A stretch of DNA of 63,905 bases, the filler included, from Aduncisulcus paluster (taxonomy: Eukaryota), in NCBI GenBank assembly GCA_024181965.1. It is 15 parts of 15 records of this genome, joined end to end, with 100 filler letters (N's around TTAATTAATTAA, not from the genome) between each part and the next. Parts side by side here need not be neighbours in the genome. Positions count along the whole stretch, not along the records: positions 25,713 to 28,500 come from BQXS01011603.1; positions 28,601 to 46,507 come from BQXS01011604.1; 13 more parts are not named here. One strand, 5' to 3'. Each line of letters starts with the position of its first letter. The stretch's first letter is position 1. Shown here piece after piece: positions 26,272 to 39,065 of this stretch. The notes beneath the pieces are model-generated. The model was not told where the DNA came from and made no database searches. It worked only from the letters and a program-made list of their open reading frames with translations. A program made the translations under genes and the position numbers.

Positions 26272-28274
26272 TCCGAGATTTTGGATAGTTTACATTCTCA
26301 ACTCGGTAAATAATTAGTTTTAGATTCATTTTTATATTGTTTTATTCTTCAAATTGCAATTATCAATTATTTCAAAATACATTCGTATAATTTTTTTTTT
26401 AGATCGAATATTGTTATACATTTCTTTCAAAGAAATTCTTTGTTTGCGATAAATCTATTAGATTTTTTTTTATGGATATTGTTTTTAAACTATTATGTGA
26501 TTGTTTCAAGATGTCAAAGTTTTGTCAAGAAGTAACACTAGAATGTTGGACAGTTCAAGGTCATAAGACAATGACAAGAAACAATTCAAGAAGTAGATTC
26601 ATTTATAAGTTATTTTTATTTAACTTTTGTGAACAATATGGTCAGTGACCATTGGTCAGTAAATCGAACTTATTTCACCTGAGACAACTCATTGAGAATG
26701 TGATCCTTGCCAATCTTCTGAAGTTTCAACAAAATATCTCAACAAGAGGTCAAAATATACTCGTGACAAAACTGGTTTTCGAAAAGCTCGATTTGAGAAT
26801 TTGAATGATGATTGATCATTTAGATCACCGATATACTGGATTTGTTTTTTTTTGTTTGTTTGAGGAAAACAGAAAAAACATTTATATAAAAAATAATTAC
26901 AGAATAATATAAATAATAATATAATAAATACCTATTGGACCAATAAACTAAAGGAGTTCATTGATTTTCTGATCAGAATATAGGATTCTGAATGACAACA
27001 AAAATAACCGTATTTCTAATATTAGTAAAAAATCCATTTTTTTCAGTTTTCCAAATCCAGAATAGTATAGAACAGTATAGTATGAAATGATATTTTCAAA
27101 CAAAGTCTGAAACTAACAAACACATATAGAATTTGGAAGATTATGGAACCATTGGCTGAACGCAATTTCAAAACGAGGAAAAATAATAAAAAAATAAAAA
27201 TAAAAAAATAAGCGGCAGAGAAATTGTTTTTTTGAGAAGAAGAATAATGAATAAATTATTTTTAAAAATAGTGGAAGGAATATCTACAATCAAAACAATA
27301 CAATTCAAAAAATGAGTAAAATTGTTACATTTTGCATTAAACAAAACAAACCAGAACGTAATTGGGGGAGAAAAATAGCAAAAAAAAAAAAAAAAAAAAA
27401 AGCAAAATTATACCAATTATAATTATATTTGAATTGTAAGACACTAAAATTTGACATTCCAGCTACGAAATAAGCAGTCATTGCTAAATACAGATTGCAC
27501 TGAACAATAAAAGAATATATATATATATAGAAAGAAAGACCTATATAGGACACCACAATATCAAATACCACATAATTATCTAACTTTGAAGTTGAAAGAA
27601 CTATAATTATGAGATATACTGCAATGGAAAGATGTAAAATCAAAATTTTCTAAAATAAAAACAAACTTGAGCAAAAAAGAAAGTCATTAAGAAGATATAG
27701 ATATATTCCATCTCCTCAAACAACGATCTTTAACAGCACAAAAATAGATATCAATCCCAATAGGAAAGTGATAACTGCAAATATAATCATGAACACAAGA
27801 GTTGAGCGATCAGCGGAAGTGTTCTCACAGCTCGAACACACGGAATGTGAACGTCCAACTCCATCATCAATGTTCGACACAATGATCGTGTTGGCAGAGG
27901 ATATCTCGATGGAGTCAATGGTGAAAGTATCATCGAAGGAGACACTCTCAGGCTCAACAGCGTCACACATATCCGTCGACGTGCTCAACACAGAGCTTGG
28001 GATGTTGTGGGCAATGATGAAGAGCGCTTCACAAATGTCAGTCTCGGCAACGATCAGTTGTCCATTGTTCTCAACCTCGTCCATGCTTGCATACTCCACA
28101 CAATCCATGGGAATGTCCAATGTGATATAGTTCACGGTCACATTGCCCTTGGCTTCAGTGTACACAACAATCTCCTCCGTCAGCGCACTGTGGTTGGTAA
28201 TGTAGATATCATTGATCACACTCTGCGATGGACGATAGATCTTGTTCAGTTGAAGAATGTCGCCGTCAACAAGG
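25713..28274. repeat. Perfect 502-bp inverted repeat
   Basis: 25713-26214 is the reverse complement of 27773-28274, around a 1558-bp AT-rich spacer. Confidence 0.95.
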
Positions 28275-28500
28275 GCATGCCCGAGGAAAGGAATGTACTC
28301 ACCGATGAAGGCTGTGTGGGCAGAAGTCGTCTCGGTGTCAGTGAAGGAAGAGTTGCTGTTGGCAGCATACACTCGAAGGTTCTCGAGATCAGAATCACGA
28401 CTTGTCTTCACAACATGGCCGCTGAACGTGAGAACACCCAAGAAATTGTCTTCATCCATGTCCCACGTGGAGGAAATCTCGCTGAGAACAATGTCATCGT
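27716..28500 (-). CDS. Acidic membrane-anchored surface protein C-terminus (copy B), 5' partial
   Basis: Same ectodomain as copy A but a different tail (VITFLLGLISIFVLLKIVV). Confidence 0.7.
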
Positions 28501-28602
28501 NNNNNNNNNNNNNNNNNNNNNNNNNNNNNNNNNNNNNNNNNNNNTTAATTAATTAANNNNNNNNNNNNNNNNNNNNNNNNNNNNNNNNNNNNNNNNNNNN
28601 TA

Positions 28603-29268
28603 GATTCAACAATAGAAGGAATTGAAAGGGGAGTGCAACAACTTGCGCGAAAATTGGAAGATGTTGTCAGAGTGTCAGCTGAGAGTGAGTCCGCCAAAGT
28701 TGGTCATTCCCTCGATAAAGTGATTCAATCTCGGATTAAAACGATTGTTGCTATTGAAGAAGAGCAAAAGGATAAGACAGAGGAGGTATTGAAATATATT
28801 CACAAAATTCAAGGCGATTGTCAGGCCACCGCTGATCTACTTGGTTCAAAGCGGGATCAGCCCGTTGTCAGTGCTCGAAGTGCTAAAACACATGGTCAGA
28901 CTATTCTCAAAAATGTTGAAGGGGCTCTTGAAAGCATTTCTGAAATTTCTACTGTATTTGCTGACTACAATGCCGAGAGAGAAAATGAGAGAATCATCAT
29001 GAAACAACATATTAAACAAATTGAAGAAGTTTTTGAGGATGAACACAAGAGTTTAGCTGAAACTATATCAACCCTCGAGAAAGAATTAAAGCAGAGAAAG
29101 TCTGGCGAAGTTGATCTCTCTCAAATAAGAGCTGAAACCGACCAAATCAAAAAGATTGCAAAAGAATCTAGGGCAATTGTGGATACTGAACTTAGTTCAT
29201 TGGATGCCGAACTTCATGATATGGAAGATTTGTTGACCAAAGCCCTCAAATTAATTCCAGAGAAATAG
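28603..29268 (+). CDS. Coiled-coil protein C-terminus, 5' partial
   Basis: Heptad-like E/K/L-rich ORF, open from the contig start. Confidence 0.65.
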   Translation, partial: DSTIEGIERGVQQLARKLEDVVRVSAESESAKVGHSLDKVIQSRIKTIVAIEEEQKDKTEEVLKYIHKIQGDCQATADLLGSKRDQPVVSARSAKTHGQTILKNVEGALESISEISTVFADYNAERENERIIMKQHIKQIEEVFEDEHKSLAETISTLEKELKQRKSGEVDLSQIRAETDQIKKIAKESRAIVDTELSSLDAELHDMEDLLTKALKLIPEK

Positions 29269-30048
29269 AAAGTGTAACCAACATTTATTACAATAATTTC
29301 TATTTATTATGAATCATTGGCATCTAGCAAGACATTTACACGATGTAGATCTTCCTTAAATAAAGAACAAGAGTATTTACAAAAAACTCTTTCGAAAAGA
29401 CGAATTTCTCGGCAAGGAGAAATCAGAAACAGAAAAGAAAACAAAAAAAGTAAGATTTGCGCAGGGCATGAAACCAGCGGTTTGGTTGGGGTTCCAAAAC
29501 GGAATATTCAAATCCTGGAGAATTATCTGCGTAAAATATCGCACTCAAAAGAACACCTAAGACACAGGGGAAAATATGTCCCGGTAAACAGCCAGTGAAT
29601 GCTCACAAATGTCAAAAAATGATTTGTTTCACAGATATCGATCTGAGCTCCAACCTAACCACAGGAACAAAAAAAAACACACGGCAATAACATACTACTT
29701 CCAAATGCACAACATAAGAAAGAGAAACATAATGAATGTGTCATTGGTTGCAAAAAGAGGAAATGAAACAGTCAATCTTATTTTCAGTTCGGTGAGAAAA
29801 TTGAAAATTAGTCGAATATTAAAGAGAATAGCAAATAATTCATGGATGAAATGATATAGAGCATAAAGTTACGAAGAACAATTGTGATTTGTTGTTATCA
29901 CCTATGTTGTAAGGCTTGTCGATTGTTTTTGATTCTAAAACTGTATTATTTACTATTTTCCAAATCTATTTTGAAATTTATTTAGCTATTAATATATTTC
30001 TAACGCCCAGAATTTATCATTTGTTATTTCATCACTGTATTTTAAACA

Positions 30049-32724
30049 ATGTTCAATAGCTTCTTTTGTGATGGATGTCAATGCCAATCATTTTCAGGAT
30101 ACGTTTTATCATGTAATCATAAACTTTGTATTGACTGTATTGATTGTATAAAAAGGGTGAATAACCCCCGGGTTGAAACATCTTCCGATCTTGATAAAAG
30201 CGCACATTCTACATCTCATCATGCATTAAGTATACATGATCTATTATCAAAATCTCAAATTGATCGACAACAACAATATATTGCTTCAGATACACTTGTT
30301 CCAGTCTCTCCACCTATTAAACCTTTAGTTAGGGAACAATCATTTGAATTATCTCAAATTACTGGTCTAAGATGTCCATTATGCTTTTCTAAATCTTCAT
30401 TTTTTCCATCAACTCCTCAGGATGTTCTATGTGATGAATGCCAAAGAGCTGAAGCGAAGTTTTTTTGTAAGACCTGCCAAAATAATTATTGTTCAAAATG
30501 TAATGGGTTAGTTCATGCCCATAAAGTTACTCAATTCCATAAAATATCCCCCATATCGTCTAAATCTCCCTCTCAAGCTGCCGTTTCTATTGTTCCTTCT
30601 TCCTTAGTTAAACCTCCAATTTCAGCAATTTCATGTCGTTTTCACCCAACAATTGATGCCCAATATATTATTCTTGAGACTGAATATCCCGTTTGTGAGA
30701 AATGCGTTCATTCTCCTTCATTCCAATCTCTCCATGCTGTTCCACTGGAAAACTATGCCAGTTCCGGACAACAACAATATATTGCTTCAGATACACTTGT
30801 TCCAGTCTCTCCACCTATTAAACCTTTAGTTAGGGAACAATCATTTGAATTATCTCAAATTACTGGTCTAAGATGTCCATTATGCTTTTCTAAATCTTCA
30901 TTTTTTCCATCAACTCCTCAGGATGTTCTATGTGATGAATGCCAAAGAGCTGAAGCGAAGTTTTTTTGTAAGACCTGCCAAAATAATTATTGTTCAAAAT
31001 GTAATGGGTTAGTTCATGCCCATAAAGTTACTCAATTCCATAAAATATCCCCCATATCGTCTAAATCTCCCTCTCAAGCTGCCGTTTCTATTGTTCCTTC
31101 TTCCTTAGTTAAACCTCCAATTTCAGCAATTTCATGTCGTTTTCACCCAACAATTGATGCCCAATATATTATTCTTGAGACTGAATATCCCGTTTGTGAG
31201 AAATGCGTTCATTCTCCTTCATTCCAATCTCTCCATGCTGTTCCACTGGAAAACTATGCCAGTTCCGTGCAATTAGACTTTATATCTGCACGAAAACGAT
31301 CCCAAATCACTCATAAAAACAGCCGTAAATGTTTAGAATTCCTTTCTAAGACTCTTGTTCGATGTGAGTGTGAACATGATGATATCGAAGAAGTTATAAG
31401 CTCTGTGCGTTGTTCTTTGCATGAAATGATTGACAAACGGCTTGATACTCTCCAAGAACAGCTTAGATCGATCTCACAAGAGAGGATTCTGTATGTTCAT
31501 CAACTCCATGAAGCTCTTGAGCAAGCTTTATACCAGAGTGAGTTCTTCTCACGCACAAGTTTAGATATATGTGGGAAAAAGAGTGTGGGTGATGTGATAG
31601 AGGTTAACAAGGCAATTCGTGGGAAGATCAAAAACCTTAGAAAAACCCTTAAACGATTGCAGCATGAAGTCAAAGAAGTCGAAGCAAGTATTCTTGTTGA
31701 GAAGAGCGATGATGATCAACGAGAAGCAATCGCTATGTCTTTATTACGAAGCGGAATGAAATCAAGTGGTTCAAGGGTTGTAAGGCTCGGAGACAGTAGT
31801 GTAGTCTCCAATCAAAGCGAAAGCAGATCCTTTTCCATCTCTGTTGCTTCTTCTACTTCGCCCTTATCTCATTCATTCTCTCTTCCAGGAATTTTTACAC
31901 CTCTTGGGATGTCAGAAATTATACAAGACATCTCAATTGAGAAAAGTGATATACGGCGAACCTGGGAAGCACGAATGTCTGTTCTAAAGCTTATTCTTGA
32001 GCAACAAGAGTGTTCTCTGGATTCAAGTGGACGTCTTGCCGAAGTTGAATCATCATCGAGGTCAGAAGTAGTCTCCAAGAAGTCTATTTCTTCCAATCAT
32101 AGTTTTGTTGATGATAAATCAAATTTTTCAAGGAGAGTTCTGGCGACCCCTCACGTTGTCCAGGAAAAGTTGGTACTAACCCCACACACAAGTTCATATA
32201 CCCATCCAAAACATCCGATGTCTGCTTCATTTGCGTCTTCTCTGATCTCAAAAGGTTTGAAAGACGATGTGTTTCCTCCTCTTCATCGATCTAGTGGAAG
32301 GAAAATATCATTCTTTTGCTCGAAATGTCACCAGCATCTCCTTCATTCGTTACCATTATCCACTCACAAACTTCATGCTCAGTGTCTCAAACATCGTGGT
32401 GGTGGGGTGGATGTCATAGACAAACGAACCCAAATCCATTCAGGTTCTTCGACTTCAATTGAGTCCATGCTTTCGATATCTCCTTCTCATGTTGTTCCTG
32501 GAGCTACAGTTTTGACAAAGAAAATCATTATTTGTAGTGCTGGGGCGAGAAGTGATAGAAAGGTTCGGTGGATGGGAATTGCTTGCTCTCATTGTCATGG
32601 AATAATTGGAAGGAGACTTATCGATGGAGCTGTTGCACAGAATGATAAGATTGTGGCTGATGATTGCACACAGTGTGGAATTGAAATTCTTGCTGAAAGA
32701 ATAATACCAGATTTTTTGGAATAA
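30049..32724 (+). CDS. RING/B-box/coiled-coil (TRIM-like) protein with a C-terminal Zn-binding domain
   Basis: Split RING (CDGC...CNHKLCIDC...CPLC), B-box1 (CDEC...CKTC...CSKC...H), B-box2 (CRFH...CEKC), coiled coil, and C-terminal CSKC...CSHC. Confidence 0.8.
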   Translation: MFNSFFCDGCQCQSFSGYVLSCNHKLCIDCIDCIKRVNNPRVETSSDLDKSAHSTSHHALSIHDLLSKSQIDRQQQYIASDTLVPVSPPIKPLVREQSFELSQITGLRCPLCFSKSSFFPSTPQDVLCDECQRAEAKFFCKTCQNNYCSKCNGLVHAHKVTQFHKISPISSKSPSQAAVSIVPSSLVKPPISAISCRFHPTIDAQYIILETEYPVCEKCVHSPSFQSLHAVPLENYASSGQQQYIASDTLVPVSPPIKPLVREQSFELSQITGLRCPLCFSKSSFFPSTPQDVLCDECQRAEAKFFCKTCQNNYCSKCNGLVHAHKVTQFHKISPISSKSPSQAAVSIVPSSLVKPPISAISCRFHPTIDAQYIILETEYPVCEKCVHSPSFQSLHAVPLENYASSVQLDFISARKRSQITHKNSRKCLEFLSKTLVRCECEHDDIEEVISSVRCSLHEMIDKRLDTLQEQLRSISQERILYVHQLHEALEQALYQSEFFSRTSLDICGKKSVGDVIEVNKAIRGKIKNLRKTLKRLQHEVKEVEASILVEKSDDDQREAIAMSLLRSGMKSSGSRVVRLGDSSVVSNQSESRSFSISVASSTSPLSHSFSLPGIFTPLGMSEIIQDISIEKSDIRRTWEARMSVLKLILEQQECSLDSSGRLAEVESSSRSEVVSKKSISSNHSFVDDKSNFSRRVLATPHVVQEKLVLTPHTSSYTHPKHPMSASFASSLISKGLKDDVFPPLHRSSGRKISFFCSKCHQHLLHSLPLSTHKLHAQCLKHRGGGVDVIDKRTQIHSGSSTSIESMLSISPSHVVPGATVLTKKIIICSAGARSDRKVRWMGIACSHCHGIIGRRLIDGAVAQNDKIVADDCTQCGIEILAERIIPDFLE
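30266..31267 (+). repeat. Perfect in-frame tandem duplication, 501-bp unit
   Basis: 30266-30766 is identical to 30767-31267. Blunt junction with no microhomology. Confidence 0.95.
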
Positions 32725-32878
32725 ACAATTATTTTAAAGACTTCGTAACTTCTGTAGATGGCGAAAGGTGTAGTTTGATTGCGGCGCTAGATCTATAACT
32801 GAGCACAATTTACAATATCTAAGCGATCCATATCTAGTTCTGGGAATGTTCCACATGTTACAAAGAAAAGGGAAAAAT

Positions 32879-32951
32879 AGGACCCTACCGGACTCGAACC
32901 AGTAACCTGCGGCACTGCAAACCGTTGCTCTACCAATTGAGCTAAAGATCC
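32879..32951 (-). tRNA. tRNA-Cys(GCA)
   Basis: Acceptor stem GGATCTT/AGGGTCC, D-arm AGCTCAATTGGTAGAGC, anticodon loop TT-GCA-GT, T-loop GTTCGAGTC, U73 discriminator and a downstream T5 terminator. Confidence 0.93.
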
Positions 32952-33878
32952 TTCTGTTGAATTCTTGGATCAAATTTATAAATAATTATATAAAATTTTG
33001 AAAATTCATCTTATAGATCTATTATGATAATTATTTCACTTTAAATGTTATGTAATGATATTTTTTGATAATATAGATTGATTGTAATTTTGTCAATTCT
33101 ATTTTTAGATTTTCTATTTTTAGAAATCGAAATTTTACATTCTTTTGAAACAATGAAATATTTCAGTATTTGCCTTTAAATTTGAAGAAAAGGGCAATAT
33201 CTTCATTGGATAGCAAAAACTATGTCTTTCCTTTATTATTCGCTTAGAATTCACCAAATTTGACATATAGTTGAATAGTTTCATAAATTTTCAGTGCTCA
33301 TTGTGTTCAAATCTAATGAAAAATGCTTCTATCTGTGTCGCGAAGTTTAGAATTCACCCGCTCTCGCCGATTGTGATACTAAGAAAACATTTAGAGGAAT
33401 GAATTCACAAGATCTGAACATAGATATGAATGGTGTTTCTTTCTATTATTTGGAGATGTTATTCTGTGTCTGAGATCTCCCCGAGGTCGAAGAGTATGGA
33501 ATTCCAATGGAACTGGAGCAAATAACCAATCAATCTTTCATAATCTTCACTTTTATTTGCACGGAAATCGTTGGAGTTAAATGAATATCTCTCCAACAAA
33601 AAGAAACACTCAAAAAATACAGTTTACATCTGATTCAAAGTTTGAAAAATTGAAATAGAAAACGATTGTATGTCGGTTATAGGATGACCAAAAACAGAAA
33701 CTTCCAAAAAACATTCTTCTAAACATAATACCTCAATTTATACCCCTTTCTACCCTTTTGTTTTCATTTTCCAGGCTTATAAAATAATTCAATAACTAAA
33801 AATAGAGTTTCTAAAAATAGAACAAATTTGTAAAAAATATACAAATTTGCTATTAAGCTTTATAATACACAAAATACA

Positions 33879-36171
33879 TCATGATTCACCTTCATCCACC
33901 TTACTCTCATCAGTCATTTCTTCCATTCGAAGAATTTCATCCTTTTGTTCACAACAGAACCGCTCTCGAATAAAGGGAATATAATGTAAAATAAAACAAG
34001 GACAACGAAAATCTCCCCAAGTTCCTTCGATTGACTGTATTTCACATGAAACCACATCGAACAATTCGAATCGAAGAAAATACCACTCCCAAAATTCCTT
34101 AGACTCTGGAATTTCGAACTTTTTCCTCGTTATCATTCCATGTGAGTCAGTAAATTTAAAAAGTAAAACCTGTGAGAAATAAATCTTAAAGACTTGGAAA
34201 AAAGACCCTTTCAAAGCAGTCGGTGAAGAAAAAGGAATAAAAATGTTCGTCAAACCAACATCAGTTTGGCCTTGGAGCGTGTCTTGAGCACGCAGAGTCA
34301 CATCATACTCTTTGGCCGTATGGTGAAGCATTCCGTTTCTAGCCTTAACAGTTGGGATATGAGGTTCAACAATTTCTTCATCATCCTGAAGCTTTGGAAC
34401 CTCCTTTCCATTACAACTGAATTCAGCTTTCACTAATGGGATTTCTGACCAACTCTCCTCAATTTGACATCTATTTTTAGATTCTTCAAGGGTTTCTTCT
34501 CGAATGAAGTCAAGTCCCAAAATTTTAAAACTCCTCCTTCTTTCTTCTTTCCATGACCCTTTCCCTTTAATTTCACAGCATACAACATCAGAAAGATCAA
34601 TGGGAAGAAAATACCATTCATTATAACGTTTGGGTTGAGTGAATTCATATGTTTTAAATGTTTTTGTGCCATCAGAATGAGTAAATATGAAGAGAAATAG
34701 AGAGCAACCCAAGTACTGGTCAATTTGAATATATGCACCTTTCATGGGGACACAAGATGAAAAAGGTATGGATAAATAGGAAAAAGTCACAGAACCAAAT
34801 AATTCCTCTCCATTGAGCATCTTTCTGACAGAGTCACTTTGATCATAGGACTTTGACATTCGACATTTTGATTCATCTTTTGATTTCACCTCAGAAAAAT
34901 TTGCAGACAAAAATGTTGGAGCATCGCGAATGATTGGAAACGTGTTGTGCATCTTGTAAAAATTAGATTCGCTCAAAAATATTGGCTCAACTCGAATCGC
35001 AGGATCAGCCCATAATCTAGATTGCACAAATTCTTGAGCTTCTCGAAGACTTTGTTCTTCAGAGGTCTCTTTTCGAACAAATGCCAAAGACTCAATTGTA
35101 AAGTCCATAAAATTACTATTAGTCGATTTCCCTCTAAGTTCACACAAAACAACATTATCAAAATCAATAGGAAGGAAATACCAAGAAAGATAAGGGTCTT
35201 TTCGTTTCGCAACAAATTCATATTTCCTAAAACACTGGATATCTTCCGAATCCGTCAGAACCAATGATATTTCTTTGGGGCCTCATACTTACTCACACAT
35301 ATATAAGCGCCATGAATAAACGAAGGATCTGAAAAAGGGATAGAAAGGACAGATAATTGCACAGATTCTTCCCCTTGAAGCATCTTACATGCTCGAGAAC
35401 TCATATCAATATTAGAATCTGCAATCACAAAACTATATCCATTAATGTCTGCATAAAGTGGTAAAATCATCGTTGGAGCATCACGGGAAATAGGAATTGA
35501 TTCTTTGCCTCCTGAAGAACAAGCAGAAATAGGAAGTAAATCCTAACACCAACAACGAAATAAAATAAATAATACAAATAAGAATAATAAAACCCTATAT
35601 CACGGAAATAGGCAAATATATATAAACATACCGTATCACTCCACTTCCTTTCCTTGATTCTTCGTTTTACTTCGTCTTCTGGAGACTCTTCACGAACAAA
35701 AAAGACAGTGTCCATCTGAAAAGTAGTACCAGCTCCTTCAATTTCACAGAGAATAATATTAGATAGATCTACAGGAAGATAAAACCAAGTGTGACAGTGT
35801 TTAATCTTCGAAAAAACATATTTCTTACAAATCTTGGTACCATCGGATTTAGAAAAGGTAAATAAGAGAAGAGTCGATCTAAATGACAACGATACGCAGA
35901 TATAAACTCCCATTATCGATGAAATCTCGAGAAAAGGAATTGAAACGAAAGTAAATTTACCAACTTGTGGCAAATTCTTCAACATACTTTTAGCCTTCTT
36001 ATCTTGATCAAATCCTTTATCATCCTCAGCTAAAATGAGATTTAAACCTTTAACATTCATAAAATCAACGCTCAGAATTGAAATATCATCGAATTCGAGG
36101 GGAAAATATCCTTCTTCCCTTTCATGGATCAATTTACCTTCAATGGAAGGATACGAATCAATGGAAAACAT
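33879..36171 (-). CDS. Lineage-specific protein with four ~165-aa repeats, one intron and one -1 frame change
   Basis: ATG at 36171. Intron 35631-35543 (GTATGT...TTAG, 89 nt, phase 0). Frame change near 35276. Each repeat carries IPF...GAYI...KYEF...WYFLP.D...VxCEI. Confidence 0.7.
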
Positions 36172-36823
36172 AAAGATCAAGATTTTTTTCTATCTAAAGG
36201 TATTGTTAACTGCACTAACCTGTGACCGGCTGTCAAATTCAAAAAAAAAAAAAAAAAAATTCAACAACACAAACAAAACAAAATTTACTAAAATATCATT
36301 TTAGTAAATTCAACAACACAACCAGAATAAAAAAAATCGGATCGAACCATTTCAAATGGGCTAAATTATCATCTAATTTAGAATGTATCAGTTTTTACTA
36401 AAAGGAATATAGCTGATAAACCCATTGATAGGGAATTGCATTATTTGTAAAGAATCCAATGAAAGATCAAGAAAAGGGCATGAAAAATACAACACCTCCA
36501 ATCATACAGTATAGGATAAAAGGCGAGAAAGTCAGATAGAAATCCTATCAACCCATATCTTTAAATAGATTAATAATGAAAAGAAAAAGAAAAATATTCA
36601 TAAAAATGACTACTGATTTAAAATAGCATCAAAATCGAAACAAAAAACACGAGAGGATAGATTTATATAAGACAAAAAATTTGCTTCCATGTTTTTTCTT
36701 GTTTCTCAAATTATTTCAAACCTGAAGTCTGTCAGTTAAAGACTCTAAAAATAGTTTAGAATCCAATTATACTATCCTATATGTCCTATATATAGATATA
36801 TTGTCGAGAAACAACTCTTATCC

Positions 36824-38867
36824 TTATTCATTTCCGCTAAAGTTCCCAGTCATTGCGGTTATTATAGCAATAATGAACACGACAGTCCCGACAAGCATAT
36901 AGAGATATGAGAATATTGGCTTGCTCAACACAGAATAATGAGGGTTTCTTTCAGCATAACCAGCACCAATATCCCTTTCGACCCTCTTCATGGAGGCCAA
37001 GTGGAGCAATGGAGGCATGAAGAATAGGCAGGGAAGGGTAAAGATCGAAAGGAACACAAGCATCCCGTTGATATTAGTCGCAACAAAGGCAATGATAACA
37101 GGACCAAAAATAGCAGTGATTCTGCATATGAGTTTGAGACCACGACGCTTCCATACAGCTTTCTTATGCAAAGCCTCAGCTTCTTCCTGTTTCATGTTTC
37201 TTTGTTTCTTCTGCTCTTCTTTCCTCTTGGCAACTTTTTCAATGTCAGCCTCTTCCTCGGCGTCTTGACAACTAAAGTGGTCCATCTCTTCCATCTTCTT
37301 GGCCTTTTCACGACTCTCAGCATCACACCCTTCAAAGTAAAATACAGCACGGATTCCATTTCCAAGAGTGATGGCCAACAGCGGGAATGTGGAGAAACAC
37401 TCTATGATTGGCATGAAGGTGGCACAGACAGCAAGTAGAGAGTCAAAACCATTGACAGGGTCATTCTTTGTGAATATATATGTGGGAATATTGGGAGTTT
37501 CATCACCAGTGTACATATAAATGACCATGGAGCCAACAATCATGAAGATAGAAGACACAAAGATGGATGTGATCAAAGAGGATCCAGCACGGGTCTTGTA
37601 GGGGATCTGAGAGACAATAGATGGGATTGAGTGATGCAAGAAGACCATAAGAGAAGCAATAGTCAAAATAACACCCAGTCCTTGCATCTTGAAGATCGAA
37701 ATATTTGGCCCATAGAAAGGCTTTGAACCATCAGATTCCAGGGCATCATAGGGCAGACTGTACATCTTAATGAGTAAAGAAAGGAAGATAGCACTAACGG
37801 AGATACATCTAGCAACGAAAATAATACGCTGATAAACAACATGTTCGTGAGGATCACCAACGGAAAGAGGAATGGTCAAAGGAAGCAAAGCGATCACATA
37901 AAACACATATGAAGTGTCATATGACTCCTGACATTCTGTTGTGGGATTTAAGGGATCACATGAATCATCGACAATTCCAGCAATCGGAATAAAGTGACTC
38001 ATGGTCTTTCCAAAGATAATAATTAAAAAGGCAAGCATTCCCCATTGAAAGGCAACCAATAAAATGGTGTATATGAGAGCAGCGGTCTTTCCAAGGTATA
38101 ACGAAACCAATTCACTGATTTCAGTAACAGGCTCGGCGAGAATGGCAAATGAATGAATTCCACTCATCAAAATTTCTTCATCTTGAAGAATACCACTATC
38201 ACTATCACTGTCACCATCATCAAGGTCACCAAGATTGTCTTTTCCACCCTTTTCCACCTCTTTCTCATTCTGGGATGATTCATCATCATCTTTAGCGACT
38301 GTTCCTTTTCTATCTTCTTCTATTACTCGAACCATCTCTCCACGTCCCAGAATTTTGCTTCCANNNNNNNNNNNNNNNNNNNNACAGGCTCGGCGAGAAT
38401 GGCAAATGAATGAATTCCACTCATCAAAATTTCTTCATCTTGAAGAATACCACTATCACTATCACTGTCACCATCATCAAGGTCACCAAGATTGTCTTTT
38501 CCACCCTTTTCCACCTCTTTCTCATTCTGGGATGATTCATCATCATCTTTAGCGACTGTTCCTTTTCTATCTTCTTCTATTACTCGAACCATCTCTCCAC
38601 GTCCCAGAATTTTGCTTCCAAAACAACGAATTAACTCAGATGTTCTTTCTAAGACTTCTACAAGCCATTGAGAAGCAATACATCCCATAAAACCCATAAA
38701 TACCGTACATATTATTCCTAAGAGCCATCCACTTTTGCTGAAAGCCCAAGCCCCACAGATGAGACCGAATCCCACTGTATAGCTGATACCAAGCACAACT
38801 AAATCAAAAATAAGTCTTTTAGAAGAATATTAATCGGAGAAAACAAAATAAAAAATTACATACACAT
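36824..38867 (-). CDS. Amino-acid transporter (Aa_trans / AAAP family)
   Basis: About 11 TM segments, YTVGFG...AFSKSGW and HHSIPSIV motifs. Probable intron at 38863-38799. Split by a duplicated 237-bp overlap at the N20 gap (38127-38363 = 38384-38620). Confidence 0.8.
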
Positions 38868-39065
38868 CAGATCAGTGTCAAAATCACGTTTAATTCTTGA
38901 AAAAGCCAAAACCTATGAACATTCTAATTCAAACAAAAATGGAAGAAGAAATGTATAAATTCATATCAAACATTATTTTTTTGGTGATTACACTCCTCAA
39001 ATCTTTACTTCCAAATACCAATCGAAATTTTTCAAAATACCTTGTTTTTTGAATAGCTTTATTTC

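Noticed and set aside
29270..29900. Short ORFs or a possible spliced minus-strand gene
   Set aside because: There are stops in every frame and no coherent model or motif.
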